DNA of 64,000 nt from Lama glama (lineage: Eukaryota): positions 92,630,001 through 92,694,000 of the forward strand of contig CM052817.1 in assembly GCA_028534125.1 (NCBI GenBank), in the 5' to 3' direction. The notes beneath the pieces were generated by a model. It was not told where the DNA came from and did no database searches. It was given only the letters and a program-made list of their open reading frames with translations. Positions 51,201 through 64,000 of this stretch are shown here, one piece after another. Numbering within the stretch: position 1 is the first letter of the stretch; each line of letters begins with the position of its first letter. The translations under genes were made by a program, and so were the position numbers.

Positions 51201-54019
51201 CAGAAATGGGATGTTAATGCCAACCTTCCTGTTTCCCCTCCACTGCCTTGACCCTGAGGTTCAACACCGGGTTCCCCGGACAAGTCTTGAATACACACAC
51301 TCCCTCTCAGGTCAGGCTGTGGTCAGGGCAGCAAGCCTAGAGGCATTTAAAACTTCTGAATGTAGATGTTCTGAATGCTTCCTCGATGGCTCCCTAAATA
51401 ACAAACACAGCACTTAAAATACACAAGAACGGATGTCGTTTCTGGCCTAATTTGAAAAGAATGTGTCTTTAGGAATGAAGACCCTCCAGAGAGGTTTATA
51501 CCGAGTTCCTCAAGGAAGAGAAAGCGACCCATTCCAGAAAGTACGCACAAGTCTCTGAAAGAACTCTCTGGTCGTGCTTTGCCAATAATGAGCGTGTAGT
51601 GCGTGTCCCTGGAGAGCCCCTGCTGACTGCACTGATAGCTGCTCACGACCTTTTGCTGAAAATGGCTTTTGTTCTGGGCTGTAGTTTCAGCTGTGCTTTA
51701 ATACTTATTTTTGTCTTATGAGAGCATTTTGAAGAGTGTGAGCATATTTTTGTTCCCAAAAGGTTGACTTAAATCCAGGTTTGCGGAAAAGGGACTGTAG
51801 TTTAGTGGCCATGTCAGCCAAGAAATTGTCCTCTGGTGAAAAGCACCAAGACATCCAGGAACTAATTCTTTCGCTCTCAGGGGACTCTTTCCTGCCTCAT
51901 TTTCTACAGAAGAGCTACGGGTAGCAAAGAAGTGTGAGACCATGAGACAGCCTCTCCTACCTCCACGCCCCTGTGCTCCCCACCCCAGTGCTGGATGTAA
52001 TGGATGTGAGGGTACCTCCTTTATGATTCCAGACTCCATCACCCAGCTTAAGGCAATAAAAAGGCGAGAGAGGGAGAGAAAGGTGGGGAAATTGGTAATG
52101 AGATTGTGGAGAGAGGACTGTCATGCTAAATTCTGTTCCTCTAGAAAAAGGGGCGGGGAAGGGCTACTACCTCCAAAGCCCACGTCCAGCGAGGGGTTCC
52201 TGCAAAGGAAACACCCCCTCCCCTCTCCATCACTGAGGAGATTCTGAACTATGCTCCCTGTGGGTGGCACTCCCAGGGAGAGCTGACTCAGGCCTTAGAA
52301 AAGTTAATGCAGACTGTGGACTTGGGTCTCCTGCCTGCCGGAAGCCTGGAGAGAGGAGGCCGATGGCCTGCGTGGGGGCAGAGGCTGGAAACAGCTGCTG
52401 TCCTGGAAAGAGCCGTCAGGACAGGTGATGCCTGAGTGTCCCAGAGGTGGCCATGTGGGGAGCGAGCAGAACTGGGCTCAACTTGGGCTCTTCTGGGAGG
52501 GGTAAGGGCACTTCAGCAGACAGAGGCTGCAAACGGACTGCTGGATGCGCAGGGGCTGCAGGAGGCCTCGTGAGGAAGCCATGAAGGGAGGCCCACCTGT
52601 CCTGAGCCACGGGGATGGCAAGGGGAAGGGCCCTGCCGAGGAACAATCCTTTTGTCTATGTCTGGGATCTAAAAGGACTGTTGGAACTGTTACCTAAGGG
52701 TGAGCAGAAAATTCCTCCTGGAATTTTCATCTTGGGGCAGAGGGCTATCACACGCACTCAGTACGGTTAGGGCAGAGCAGCAAGAATAAAGATGCATTTT
52801 GCATACATCACAGATCATGTTTGTTCAACACGATAGTTACATGACACAGGATCAGAGTGGATAGCAAGTCTCCCAGGGGACACCCACACCAGGTTTCAAT
52901 TCGACTGGCCGAGTTCTCGCCCATTAGCCTACATAACAACTCACGTGTACTGCTTCCTTCTGTGAGGTCTGAAGACCAGGGCTCCCAGCCAAACCCATCC
53001 TGTCACGTGCTCCTCAGGACGCATGGGGGCAGGCCTGGGATACCTTGATTCTGCCCATCTCCACATCTCTTTCTAGCTCCCAGCTCTCTCCGCCCACCCA
53101 CCCCATGGGCTGAGGGCTGGTTCCTTATAGTCTGAGGTGGGACGAGTGGCAAGCGGGGAATGATCTAGAGGCAGTGCTGGAGGACTTGTGTGATGAGTCA
53201 GTGAAGGGAATGGACGCGGGTGTCAAAAACTTCCTTGAAAAACAAAGGGAAGGTTTCAGACTCTCTTGAGAAGATGTGGAATGGTGCGGAAAGGATGTTT
53301 TTGGAAAGGAGTAATACAGCCTTCTCCTCTTGTGTCTTTCTCTAGCTCCTGTCTGGAGTCTCCAAATACACAGGGCTGTTTCTCTAGCTGGGTTCTCCTT
53401 TGGTCCTAAGGAACTTTTTTCCCTGCTGAAGCTAATCCAAGAAGCCACAGCCTGGGCCTGGGGAGTCAGAGGGCAGAGTATGGTTTTGGTGCCATCACGC
53501 ATGCAGGTAAAAATTGATGAGTGACATCTAGGCACACATGCAAATGACCCCTTGCGCCAGGTGGAGGAGAAACACTGTGTGATGTGGAGCTGCCGTGAGA
53601 GGCTAGAAAAGCTGGGATGTCAGAAACATTAAAGATGTGCATACAAGAATGTCTTTCTCCCAAACGTCAGACTGGCAACCAGTTTGGATTTCCTTTGTAA
53701 ATGTTTTTCTTTTTTTCCTTCTCCTGGAAGCTGAAGCTGATCCTTTAATGCCAGATTTTCCCTCTACACTTTTCAATCTTCACTCTACAGGCAATCTGTT
53801 CTATACGTTTCCCCCTTGAGTGCTGAAATGACTTCTACGTGCATTTCACTGCCTCTGCACCAATGCTATTTGCAGGGAAAGGAAGAACAGAGGTAGGGAT
53901 GAGGATGCGAATTGAAGCTAAACACATTTTTGAACTTTCAGAGAACTTTAGAAAAATGGAGGAAAAGAGTAAAAAAAATGAAACGAGAACTGTGTTCATT
54001 TTCTCCCCTTGCTCATTCT

Positions 54020-54232
54020 CCTGGATGAACTTAGAATTCCAGCTCCACCTGTCATGAGCTCATGACCTCGGGTCAGTTACTTTAATCTCTCCATGCTGCT
54101 GTTTCTGCATCAGTCAAATGAGGTTAAAAATAATATTTACCTCATAGGGTTGCTGTGAGATAACAGATGTAAACAGTTAAAAGGGTGCCTGGGACATAGT
54201 GGGCGATGTGTACGTGTTAGCTACTGTTATTT
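54020..54232 (+). mobile_element. MIR SINE
   Basis: MIR core: tgacctcgggtcagttactttaatctctc...tacctcatagggttgctgtgag. Confidence 0.75.
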
Positions 54233-54634
54233 TTTCATTTTCTAGTAGTTTCTTGGATTTGTAGCTGTGAGGTAGGAAAGGATAATGTAGAAAAAAGTCA
54301 GGTCCAATGTCTAGTGGGTTATTTGTGATTTGTAGCAAGACTGGATCCCAACTATACTTCCTTTTCCAGCCGAGTTTTTTTTCAATAGCGTTAGAAAGTT
54401 GGTTACAATGATGTTGATAAGAACTTGAATCTTTTCACTCATTTATTCATGCATCAGTGTTTGTTCACTTATGGACTATTTATTTGAGTTAGGGCACTAG
54501 GCAATTTACAAACCTGTATAGAGCAGATAATTTTCCCCTTAAGGAATCTACAGCCATTTGGTTAGTAGTATAAACCATTAACATTAATCAAAATGACCAT
54601 GTTTGGAATAGTGTGTAAAATCAGAAATCAACAG

Positions 54635-54970
54635 TCTCAAATATTGTATGATATCACTCATATGTGGAGCCTAAAAGTGATACAAATGAACTTATTTACA
54701 AAACAGAAATAGACTCAGACACACAAAACAAACTTACGGTTACCAAAGTTGGGGGAGGGATAAGCTGGAAATCTGGGATTAACAGATACACATTCCTATA
54801 TATAAAATAGACAAACAACAAGGACCTACTGTACAGCACAGGGGAATGTATTCCATATCTTGTAATAACTGTAATGGAAAAAAATCTGAAAAATTTGTAT
54901 GTATAACTGAATCACTTTTCTATATACCTGAAACATTGTAAATCAACTATACTTTAATAAAAAAAAGAAA
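54635..54970 (+). mobile_element. L1 3' end
   Basis: Contains gatacaaatgaacttatttacaaaacagaaatagactca, ending in aataaa and an A tail. Confidence 0.85.
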
Positions 54971-55799
54971 GAAATGGTCTAAGAAAAGTATTTGGGAAAA
55001 ATTCAGTTTCTGTACTCAGAGACGGATTGGTATCTTCAGCCGTATTGATACACAGCATCAGTCTTCAGACTGCAGACGCAGCCTCATGCCTTCATCTTTA
55101 CCAAGACCGTCCTTTGAAATTGCCTAGCATTTTTCCTTCTGTTGTGAGCAAAAGCTCCCCGCTTCAAGCTTAATTGAGTCCTTTCACCTCACGCTGTTCG
55201 GTAAACATCTACTGAATCCCTGCTAGGAACCTAAGCACTCTGAGTCTATTTTAGCAAAAACCATTTGGGATTATAAATTATATGGATACAGATCTTAATT
55301 TCCCATTTCATTTTTGGATGTATTTTAACCCATAAACTATGCCTTTTCATTTGTCATCTGGGCTTTACTGAGATGGGTGAAGTACGTAGCTACTTTTCAG
55401 AATCAGGATGCTAACAGATGACACATTTTCCCTTGAAAATTAAATAATTATTTTATTGCAAGAAATATGACCCTTTTAATTTGGTTTTTTTTATGGGCTC
55501 AAAAAAAGGCTCATGCCTTAAATGTTTTTGAACTGCTAGCAAAATTTTATCAGGCTTTTAAAAATAACTTCACATAGGCCACGATGGTGATATACCTGAT
55601 GGTAACTGAAGATGTCCAATAAAAGGAAAAATTATGGAACAATCTTGTTCTCAGAAAAGAGAACTTAATTGTTTGACTTGAGTCAGCCACTTATTCCTCT
55701 GGGCCACAACTTTCTCATGGTGAAAATCAGAAGTTTATCACTGTAAAGATTAAATGACCTTTAAGGTTTTTATATCTATAAATTATGAGGATTCTAAAT

Positions 55800-56066
55800 C
55801 TGTGTTCTCCAATATGATAGCCACTGGCCCCACATGGCTTCTGAGCACTTGAAATGGGGCTAGTCTAAACTGAGATGTGCTCAAAGCATAGAATACACAC
55901 CAGATTTTGAAGAGTTGCTATCAAAAAAGGTGAAATATTTTAGATATATTAGGTTAAATAAAATATATTATTAAAATGAACTTGACCAACTTATTATTTT
56001 TATTTTAGTGTGGCTATTGAAAATCTAAAATTGCTTTTGTGGCTTACATTATATTGTACAGTACCA
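55800..56066. mobile_element. hAT-Charlie MER33-like element
   Basis: Contains tccaatatgatagccactggccccacatggcttctgagcacttgaaatg. Confidence 0.7.
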
Positions 56067-57415
56067 CTCCAGACCTTCAAAACAAACGGATCAAAATCTC
56101 TCTTCAAGGATTTTTTTAATGTTTAATGGTCAATGTTTCAATATCGAGGTCCTTATGCCTCTAAAAGTCCACCTAAAACTCATGTCCATCCCAAACTAAT
56201 AAACCCTGCGAGGGCAGATATTTACCACCTAGTTCCTCTTGAAGTTACTCTCTGTCAAGGTCCTGTAGAAGTTCTAACTTTCAGTGGTTACAACACTGAA
56301 CGTTCACCCCTATGGTTATTGTCTCAACCATATCAGAAAAGATGATCAAAATGTTAGGAGTGATTATTTCTGGGTGGTGGGGTGAGTGACTTCTACATTT
56401 AAAAAAATTCTTTTCTTCATCTTTCAGTCTTTCAACATTGAGGACTGTCATGTTTCTTCATCAGAAAAATGTATCTTTAAATTTCAGTGTGAATAATTTT
56501 TTGTATTATATAAACATTACAAATATGTAAAAAGAGGCTGACGTAAAAGGAACTATCCCAATACGCTTTCATCTGCTTTTCTGCGTTTCCAAATTTCCTA
56601 TAGTGAACAGGTTACTTTTATCAAGGGAAAAAATACACCTCATTTAAAAACTGTAATATCCATCTACCCTTTTAACCTGAAACCTAAGTTCATTTGCATG
56701 CTGATTCTCTTAGAACTCCTGAAGCTTTCATCTCTCCCGTGTTAGTCTGTGGAGTAAATACTTTAGGTCTTAGCTTCAGTTGTTTGCTAACATAGCTATT
56801 TTAATATTTTATAAATACCACCAAATGGAACAGTGCTTAGTTCAAGTCTATGCCAGAGATGGGGAAGAAACCCCAAAGACATTTTAATATGTCACTGTGT
56901 ACAGCGGTTTAGATCGCACTGCAGGATCGCCCATCTAAAGGGATGCCATTTGCACCCGACTCCTGTAGCAACAGGGGCGAGTGCCGTCTTGCATGCGGTC
57001 CAGACCAGCCTAGAGAGCCACGTGCATACCCGGGAAGGCTCAAGCATGTGCGCACACACACACACACAAGCACACGAGTGACTGGGGTTGTGCCCTATCC
57101 CAGCCCCACTGCACATCCCCTGAGTTTGCTTTTCCCACCTGCCTCCACTCTCAGAGGCCAGAGCCACTACCCAGCCTGCTTCGGGTACCATGGGATGTGT
57201 GCAGTGCCGTGGTATCAGTGTGTGGGCTAGAGTCTGCTGGCTCTGGAGTGAGCTGGGCTTCTCAAGGCCTGTCAGGTATGACTGTTTAGCCTGGCAATGT
57301 TATATTCCTTTATTTATTTATTTATTTCTTCTAGAGGAAAAGTGTGTTTTCCCAGTTCCCATGAGGCAACATCCCTTTGGAAGATGGCGCTTGAATATGG
57401 TAAGGCGGAACTTAC

Positions 57416-57626
57416 TGTTGGTAGTAAAGATGATTTCTCCCTCCTGCGGGGTGGCATCTGTATCCTGGACCACCTGCAAGGCTCCCACAGTCCGGACAGC
57501 AGGGTCCAAAGTGACCGAACTTTCGTTTACGGTCGTGTCGCTTGCGCCTGTGATCTGGTTGGTTGGCGGACCTCCCAGAGATCCCTCGAAGTCGGTGGGT
57601 AAGTCGTCCAGGCAGTCGGCATTGGG
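57416..57626 (-). CDS. RNF150: RNF150 penultimate coding exon (211 bp; PNADCLDDLPTDFEGSLGGPPTNQITGASDTTVNESSVTLDPAVRTVGALQVVQDTDATPQEGEIIFTTN)
   Basis: On the minus strand the acceptor is ttttgtgctcctgtcag|CCC and the donor is AACA|gtaagt. The frame is open for 70 codons + 1 nt. The peptide is recognised as the post-RING cytoplasmic region of RNF150. Confidence 0.95.
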
Positions 57627-59388
57627 CTGACAGGAGCACAAAAGGACCTGTTCTTAGTGTACGTCATCAAGTGAGAGATGAGATGCTACAGCATAGATAC
57701 TTTGTCCCGAAGGAAGACCAAGTTCTTTACTGTTTTCTTCCTGAACCACTTAAAGACATTTCACTCATAGTTCCTGTAATTAACATGACAACATCTTCCC
57801 AAATTTTCTTTCCAAAGGTTCCATTTAGATCTAGACACAAGGTTTTAATTCCAGCAGTAGCAATATCCATACATTACTATAGTTACGTAAGGGGAATAAC
57901 ATTTATTTATAATGATAGCTCCTCCTTATCAATATCACTATCAATCAACATGCAGTTGATCATACATTTGTTAAACCCTCTAAATTAAAATCTTGCAATC
58001 ACAAAACTAGGGTGTCTAATTATCCACCCACTATAGGACCCTTCCATTCAAATATTCGTCATGCCTTCACTCGAACAATAAAGAAATGGGCAGGGGCGGC
58101 GGGGTTGTGGGGGGGTGGTGTGCTCTCTGCTTTGCAAGGCAGGCTGTGCCAGCCAGCTTTGTTAGATTATTCTCTTACAAGGTAACTTTGCAATTTTACT
58201 CTTTGGTCTTAGTGCTGCTGTTGGAAGTGGCATTGAAGATATTGATATCTCTTCCACAAGCAGCTTTTAAAAAATGATTTTCAGTTGTTCTGCCTTTACC
58301 AGAACTCAAAAAAATTATTTTAAAAAGGTGGTGGTGGAGAGATACGGTCTTGAGAAGTATTAAGAATAGCTATTAACCAATTTTTTTTTGTTCCAGTCTG
58401 AACAGCAACATGGCCCCGAGTGATGACAGTGACACAGTTCTGTACTCCCAAAGGAGGCAGGTCAGGGTGGGCAGGATTAGGTGAGGAGAGTTCTGGGTTG
58501 ATATTTATTGAATTAACAGCACAATGACTACATTGTGTTCGAAGCTGATTAAAAGAGAAAATCTACAACTCATGGGCTCATTGGGAACACAAGGCAAGAA
58601 ATTCAAACCGCTGGACTCCTGTCCTAGATTCCCCCTCTTAAATCAGTCTCCTGAGTCCACATCTGTGTTTCTCACAGTCAGTTGGAAGTCTCTCCATCAT
58701 CCCACAAAAACCTCAAATTCAGCTTATGCCCTCTTCCCCCGTATTCTCTTTTCTCTCTGCCTTCTCTGTCTCTATTAGCAGTGAGACAATTCATGGAAAT
58801 CTGAGTTGTCAAAAGTCAACTCACTGAAGGACTGATCCACCAAATTTACCGATTGAGATATCGGACATGGGCAAGTAGGTTTTGTACATTTCCCACCCTC
58901 CTGCCAGTCTCCTAATCTCCCCTGGTTTTTAACCCAGGATACTCCATTCTCCACTTTCTCATCAGAGCACTCTTTTTAAAAAACACATGTATGATTCTTT
59001 TTTTTCTCTCCTAAAGAATGAATTATAAGCTCTGTAGTATAGAAAAACAGGCACTGGACAGTCTAACCCCAGTCTCCTTTTCTGGCCCTCCCTTCAGCCT
59101 TTGGAAACACACAGAATCCACCATCTATGCCCTATCTCAGTGCTTTAGTGTATGCTGTTCCTCTACTTGGGATGACATCTTCCCCTTCCCCTCTCCTATC
59201 CCAAGGTCTCACATCAACCCTGGTGAACTCCTCATCAGCCCTCAATTCCCAGGCCAAATGTCCCTTTTCTAAGTGGTGCTCCCTCTCAGGCAGTCATCTT
59301 TGACACTGTAACTCTTTTCACACTCTCCCACTCTGTTATGGTCATCTGTTACTGTGTTTATCTCACTTTACTAGTCCACAAGCTTTTT

Positions 59389-59749
59389 TTTTAATCCTAG
59401 TTTTAATGAGATAATATACTTGGCATGGAATATTGTATTACTTTAAGGTGTACACCATAATGATTTGATATACGTATATAGTGCAAAGTGATCATCACAA
59501 TAAATTTAGTTATTAGTTACAAAAGTTCTACTCTTGTGATGAGAACTTTTAAGACCTACTCTCTTAGCAACTTTCAAATACACAATACAGTTTTAACTAT
59601 AGTCACTATGTTGTACATTAAATCCCCAGGACTTACTTATTTTATAACTGGGAGTTTATGCCTTTTGACCTCCTTCACCCATTTCACCTACCCCCAATCC
59701 CTTGCAATTACCAATCACTTTTCTATTTCTATTCCACATACAAGTGAGA
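59389..59749 (-). mobile_element. L1 3' end inserted in an L2 relic
   Basis: Contains ttaagacctactctcttagcaactttcaaata, with TSD acaagcttttt. Confidence 0.75.
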
Positions 59750-59970
59750 AACAAGCTTTTTAAAGTGAACAAGCTTTTTAAAGTATATCGATCTTGAACT
59801 GCAAGCCCTCACATAGTGCCTGATAATTATTAAGTGCTCAGTAAATGTCGATTTGAAGATTTTATGAGTCTCAGTTTACTGCTCTGAAAACGTGGGAAAG
59901 TTAGTATCTACCCAGATCCTAGATCAATTAAGGGTAGAGTTGAGGGAATACTTTAAAAACTCAATTTCTG

Positions 59971-60554
59971 TGCAGGGGTAAGGCATGCCACTGCGGGGCA
60001 GAAAATACCACCCTAAAATATTGCTAGGTTGGCATAAGGATTGTTAGTTGAAACAGTTGAGAAGTTGGTAAAGAAATGCTCTCTGCCCTTCCTCTATTTG
60101 CCTAAAAGCAGGAAATAAATGTGTAAGGCTGTCCCCTTCCCTGTACCAGGAAGGGAAGGACATTCTTATCACCAGAGACCCAGAGTTGATGCCAAAATGG
60201 AACATACAACAAACCTGACTAACGTGCCCTTATCTGCCACTGCTTTCCCTCATGCATTTACCTTCCCTACAGTTTGCTGCCCTAGAAACTCAAGGTCCTT
60301 TCCCTTTGTCTTGTCCCTTCTCTAAAAGTTTATTGCTCTTCTTTGAAGATGCTATGTAAGCCCAAGTTCAAGTTCTAACCACCCCTTTGAGTCACTTATC
60401 ACCAAGCGCTCCTATGTGTATGCACGATGCATGTGTTAATAAACGTGTGCTTGATTTTCTCTTGTTAATCTGTCTGGTAGGAGTTTAATTTACAGGGGCC
60501 AGCTGGAGAACCTGGGAAGGTGGAAGAAAAAATAATTTCCTTCGCTCTCCTACA
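59971..60554 (+). mobile_element. ERV1-class solo LTR (MER34/MER39-like)
   Basis: TG...CA inverted termini tgcagggg / ctcctaca, internal aataaa near 60438, and near-TSD tctg / actg. Confidence 0.65.
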
Positions 60555-63500
60555 ACTGTGTAAATGTTCTTGTGAGCAGAACCGATTGTGTGTGGGTGTC
60601 AGGGAGGAGAGGCTTTCCCAGTGAGGGTGCTGTGCTGGTCGTCCACTCAGCCGTAAGCATCTAAATGTGACCATATATATATTAAGAGTTGACATCTTTT
60701 TCAAAATGCTGACTTTGTTTGTTGATATTGTTCTTGTTTTCTTTCTTATTCTCTTTAAAAACTACTTTATTAATTTTGAAGCAGGGTGTTCGCTTTGACT
60801 TTGTGGACGAGGAGGAATAGTGTTAACGTCTTGCACAGAATGGGGAGAAGAAAAGAGAAAAAGTGAATTAGCTCACTCAGACTGTTAGTGGGAGCAGGCA
60901 TGGATAATTTGGCTTAGATATAATATTTAATAGACCAACTTTACAGAACCTCACAGTTTATATCCACTTGAAATGGTTCATTAAATAGAATAATATTTTG
61001 AAAAGAAACCCAATTTATACCCCTCTAAGAGAAATTACAGTCATAATGTTTAGTAAGAGGTGTCAAACCCCATTTATAAGTGAACACCGTATAGGGATTC
61101 AAATTCAGGTCAGCGGGTAAATGCCTCGAATAAACCAACTGCTAAATAGTGAGGGGCTTGTGACCACACCGGCTGCACAGGACTGTCTACTCAACAACAA
61201 CCATCCTATTCATTCCAGGACAACAGCAGCAGGAGGAGGTATTTGCCGGGATAAGAAAGACCGTGTTACATGGTACCCTACAGGGGGGCTCACTGATGTG
61301 TTCTGTCATCCTACAAAGACTCCCCTGGACCTGGCTGGACAGAAAGGACGGGGAAGCACTTCAATGCAGATACAGGGATGAAAACACTCTGACAATAAGG
61401 ACTCCCCACGCCCCTTCCAGTTCAGTATTTTATTTCTCTTGGCAAAATAAAATGGAAAAAGATACCATTGTAATGGGAACTTCACAGTCTGGGAGCCATG
61501 CTCATACTGTTTGCTCACTTTAGAGGAGTCCACTTGCAAAATGAAAATGTCCCCAGCTCTTAGCTTTCCACTTATATTTACTTGCCTTATAGCTCAGGCA
61601 GGCACAAGGCCACTCAGTTAAAAACGACAAAACAAAGACCCAAGTCAAACACAAAACCCTGTATTTGGACAATCTAATGGATCAGGATTGCAACCGAGTC
61701 TTTGGTGAGTGGACATTGTTCAAAGGAGGATTCAGTGTGAATTTCATAAACACGACTCTGGGACTGGCATCCTTCACCCTCTGACGGGCTACAATTCTGC
61801 AGACATTTACGGAACTCAGCATGTTGAGAAGGAGGTAAAGAAATGCTCTCTGAAAGATGTAGGACTAAGGGGCACCAGTCATCAGAGAGACTGACAGGCT
61901 CTTTCCAATCTTCTTTGATTAAGAAGAAATGGAGTTAAAGGAGTTTAGGAAAACTGTAAAACAATTTCTTGAAGCTGCCAGGCAAGGGTTTCAGTTAGCT
62001 GCAGATAGCGTTTTCTAATTGAGAAGGCTGGGAGCCTGTCCATTTACATGGAAATGTAGAAGAAAGGAGCAAAAACATCATCTCTTTGGTGTACTTTAGG
62101 CGTAGTGCTACCCGACGGCAAAGGATGGAGCAGAACTTCCAAAATTCCTCCCAGATCCAGACTCAGTGTCATCCTCTGGGACAAAACCAGAAAAGCCTCC
62201 GGAGGGCACGGAGGGCGGGCACACACCCTGGTGCTTTGTGAGGACCAGCACACACGCCTGCCTTCTTCACAGAGGCTGTTCCGTTCTCTGGGGGGAGCTC
62301 GGGTGCGCCCTATGTTCCCGTTCTGCTGGGCTTTAAGAATCCTTGGCAAAATCCAGAGATGCTACTGATGTTTATTTTTCTGGAAGTCAAGTGTGCCAAG
62401 TAAAATCCTATCCAGACTTGACAGGCATCAAACCATGGCCAGGACACCCAACCACTAAAAGTTAAAATATTACTACTCATTTCGGAAATAAGCCAAAAGG
62501 CCACACAGTAATTCTATCTTAAAACAATTACTGGTTGTCTTTTCGAGTCTTTTTTTTACAACATGGAGAAGTTACACCTCCCCATGAAAAGTCTGGAGTC
62601 AAATACTACTTAGTCCAAAATTTAACCACTGGGGATGGTCTGCTCCACTCTCCTGACCAAGGAGCACTGGGAATGATAACTGGGAGCTTTGAAAATATCC
62701 TAAGCAAGAAGAACTAGGTCCAATGATGTGACTGTCTACCTTTAACTGTGAATATGCTGAAGATTTTGGAGACCAAAGACACACATACACACATGCAAGC
62801 ACACACGTACATAAATTTCCCTCTTCCCTGGTAAGAACCAGTTAGAGCCAGGAATGGGCAACGTGCAAACGCTGAGTTTAATTTTGTAAGTCGCCAGTAT
62901 CCGGTGGAGATGTTGGGTTTTTACTAATGTTTCATGTTCACTGTCACTGATTTTCACCTTGAATGTGTTATGCATTTACAACTCTGATCTGAAAATTTAA
63001 TGCACTGCCTTTCAGATTCTAGCTCAAAGCTATAGTCATACAAGTTGATCTGTGTTTGGTGTGTCAACTGGGAAAATCAGCATACATCTGCCATGGAGGT
63101 AGCTGGTACAGGGGAGGACACACAGCCAATTCAGGGCTTTGTGATGCTTCAGGTGTGCCCTCTCCAACAGAGACACTGATATTCCTGGGATAATTAGCCT
63201 TTTGGCATTAAAGAAGGCCTTTGATACCTGACCTGATCCTTTCTTCTTCAGTGACATCTTGGGACTTTGAAAATTTTATTTATTCTCTGCCGTTAGCAGT
63301 GAGGAGTGACAAGAGGGAGGGGGCTGCAAAGCAGAGGGGGGAAAGGGGAGGCTGGTCTCTGCATCCTGCGTGTCTAGCTGCTTCTAGACGGCGCCTATGT
63401 TTTCCTCACCTCTCCCTGTGCTGCCCTCGGAGCTGGGGACCTGCCCAGCATCCTGCCCTCACCCCAGCAGCTGGTAGCTCCCCAACCACTAGTCTGTGGC

Positions 63501-64000
63501 CTTCACTTGATATGGTCCTAGGGAAGCCCTTCCCCAGAGCACCAAGCCAGCCAGCTGCTGTGGGGTGGGACAGATTCTCTGCACGGGGGGAGAGACTCAA
63601 TTTTATAAAACATATAACTGGGGCACCAGCTTGACGGTAGCGCTAGAATTACACTGCTCTGGCTCTGGTTTCCTGCTCGCTCCAGCTCTCCACGGAGATC
63701 TGAGCTCAGCAGAGGCCCTGGGCCAGATTCCCAGCGGCTGGCCTCCCCTCCGATTGTTGGGAAGAGCTTGTTTCCTCTGGAATTCGGGTGATTGTGGGTG
63801 CTATCCGAAAGTATGGCTGCAGGTCTGCTTGATGACAGTGCAGGGTGAGGACCCGGAGGTCAGCAGTGGACCGCCGGCCTGTCAGGCCTCTGCCGGGGTC
63901 CCACCCGCTCTCGTGCTCTGCAGCCTGGAAGAGAAGCCTACGAGCTGCTCAGGCAGCATCTCAACTCACGGACAAATAAGATGCACATGGTGGGAGGGTC

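Larger units (their letters stand above)
21826..57415 (-). other. RNF150: RNF150 last intron (35,590 bp, GT-AG, phase 1)
   Basis: Bounded by the canonical donor and acceptor of the two phase-compatible exons. Confidence 0.9.

Noticed and set aside
57190..57988. Plus-strand ORFs of 101-146 aa overlapping the RNF150 exon
   Set aside because: These are antisense shadows of a GC-rich coding exon with no recognisable product.
62044..62349. ORF containing ILKA, resembling the end of the RNF150 RING exon (NILKALGIP)
   Set aside because: There are no RING Cys/His residues and no suitable splice donor. The real upstream exon appears to lie outside the window.
1..64000. CRISPR arrays, operons, rRNA or a novel multi-gene system
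   Set aside because: This is eukaryotic intronic/intergenic DNA. I saw no regularly spaced repeat-spacer array and no coding content beyond the two RNF150 exons.

Overview
Mammalian genomic DNA, very likely camelid (alpaca/camel), judged from at least 8 copies of a tRNA-Ala-like Vic-1-type SINE. The only protein-coding content I can support is the 3' end of RNF150 (PA-TM-RING E3 ligase, GRAIL/Goliath family) on the minus strand. It consists of a 211-bp penultimate coding exon (57626-57416), a 35.6-kb last intron, and a terminal exon with 119 coding nt (21825-21707) plus a predicted ~8.4-kb 3'UTR ending near AATAAA at 13342-13347. The rest is intronic or intergenic and rich in L1, L2, MIR, MaLR/ERV LTR and DNA-transposon relics, with a 500-N scaffold gap at 11567-12066. 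Nearly all ORF-track entries are spurious. I found no evidence of a new multi-gene system. The most interesting signals are candidate post-transcriptional controls on RNF150: tandem poly(A) signals that would gate a distal module of Pumilio, miRNA and G-quadruplex motifs, a possible intronic poly(A) isoform, a reconstituted splice donor at the last junction, and inverted L1 pairs in the last intron. All are motif-level predictions. Repeat subfamily names come from my recognition of consensus sequences, and repeat boundaries are approximate.
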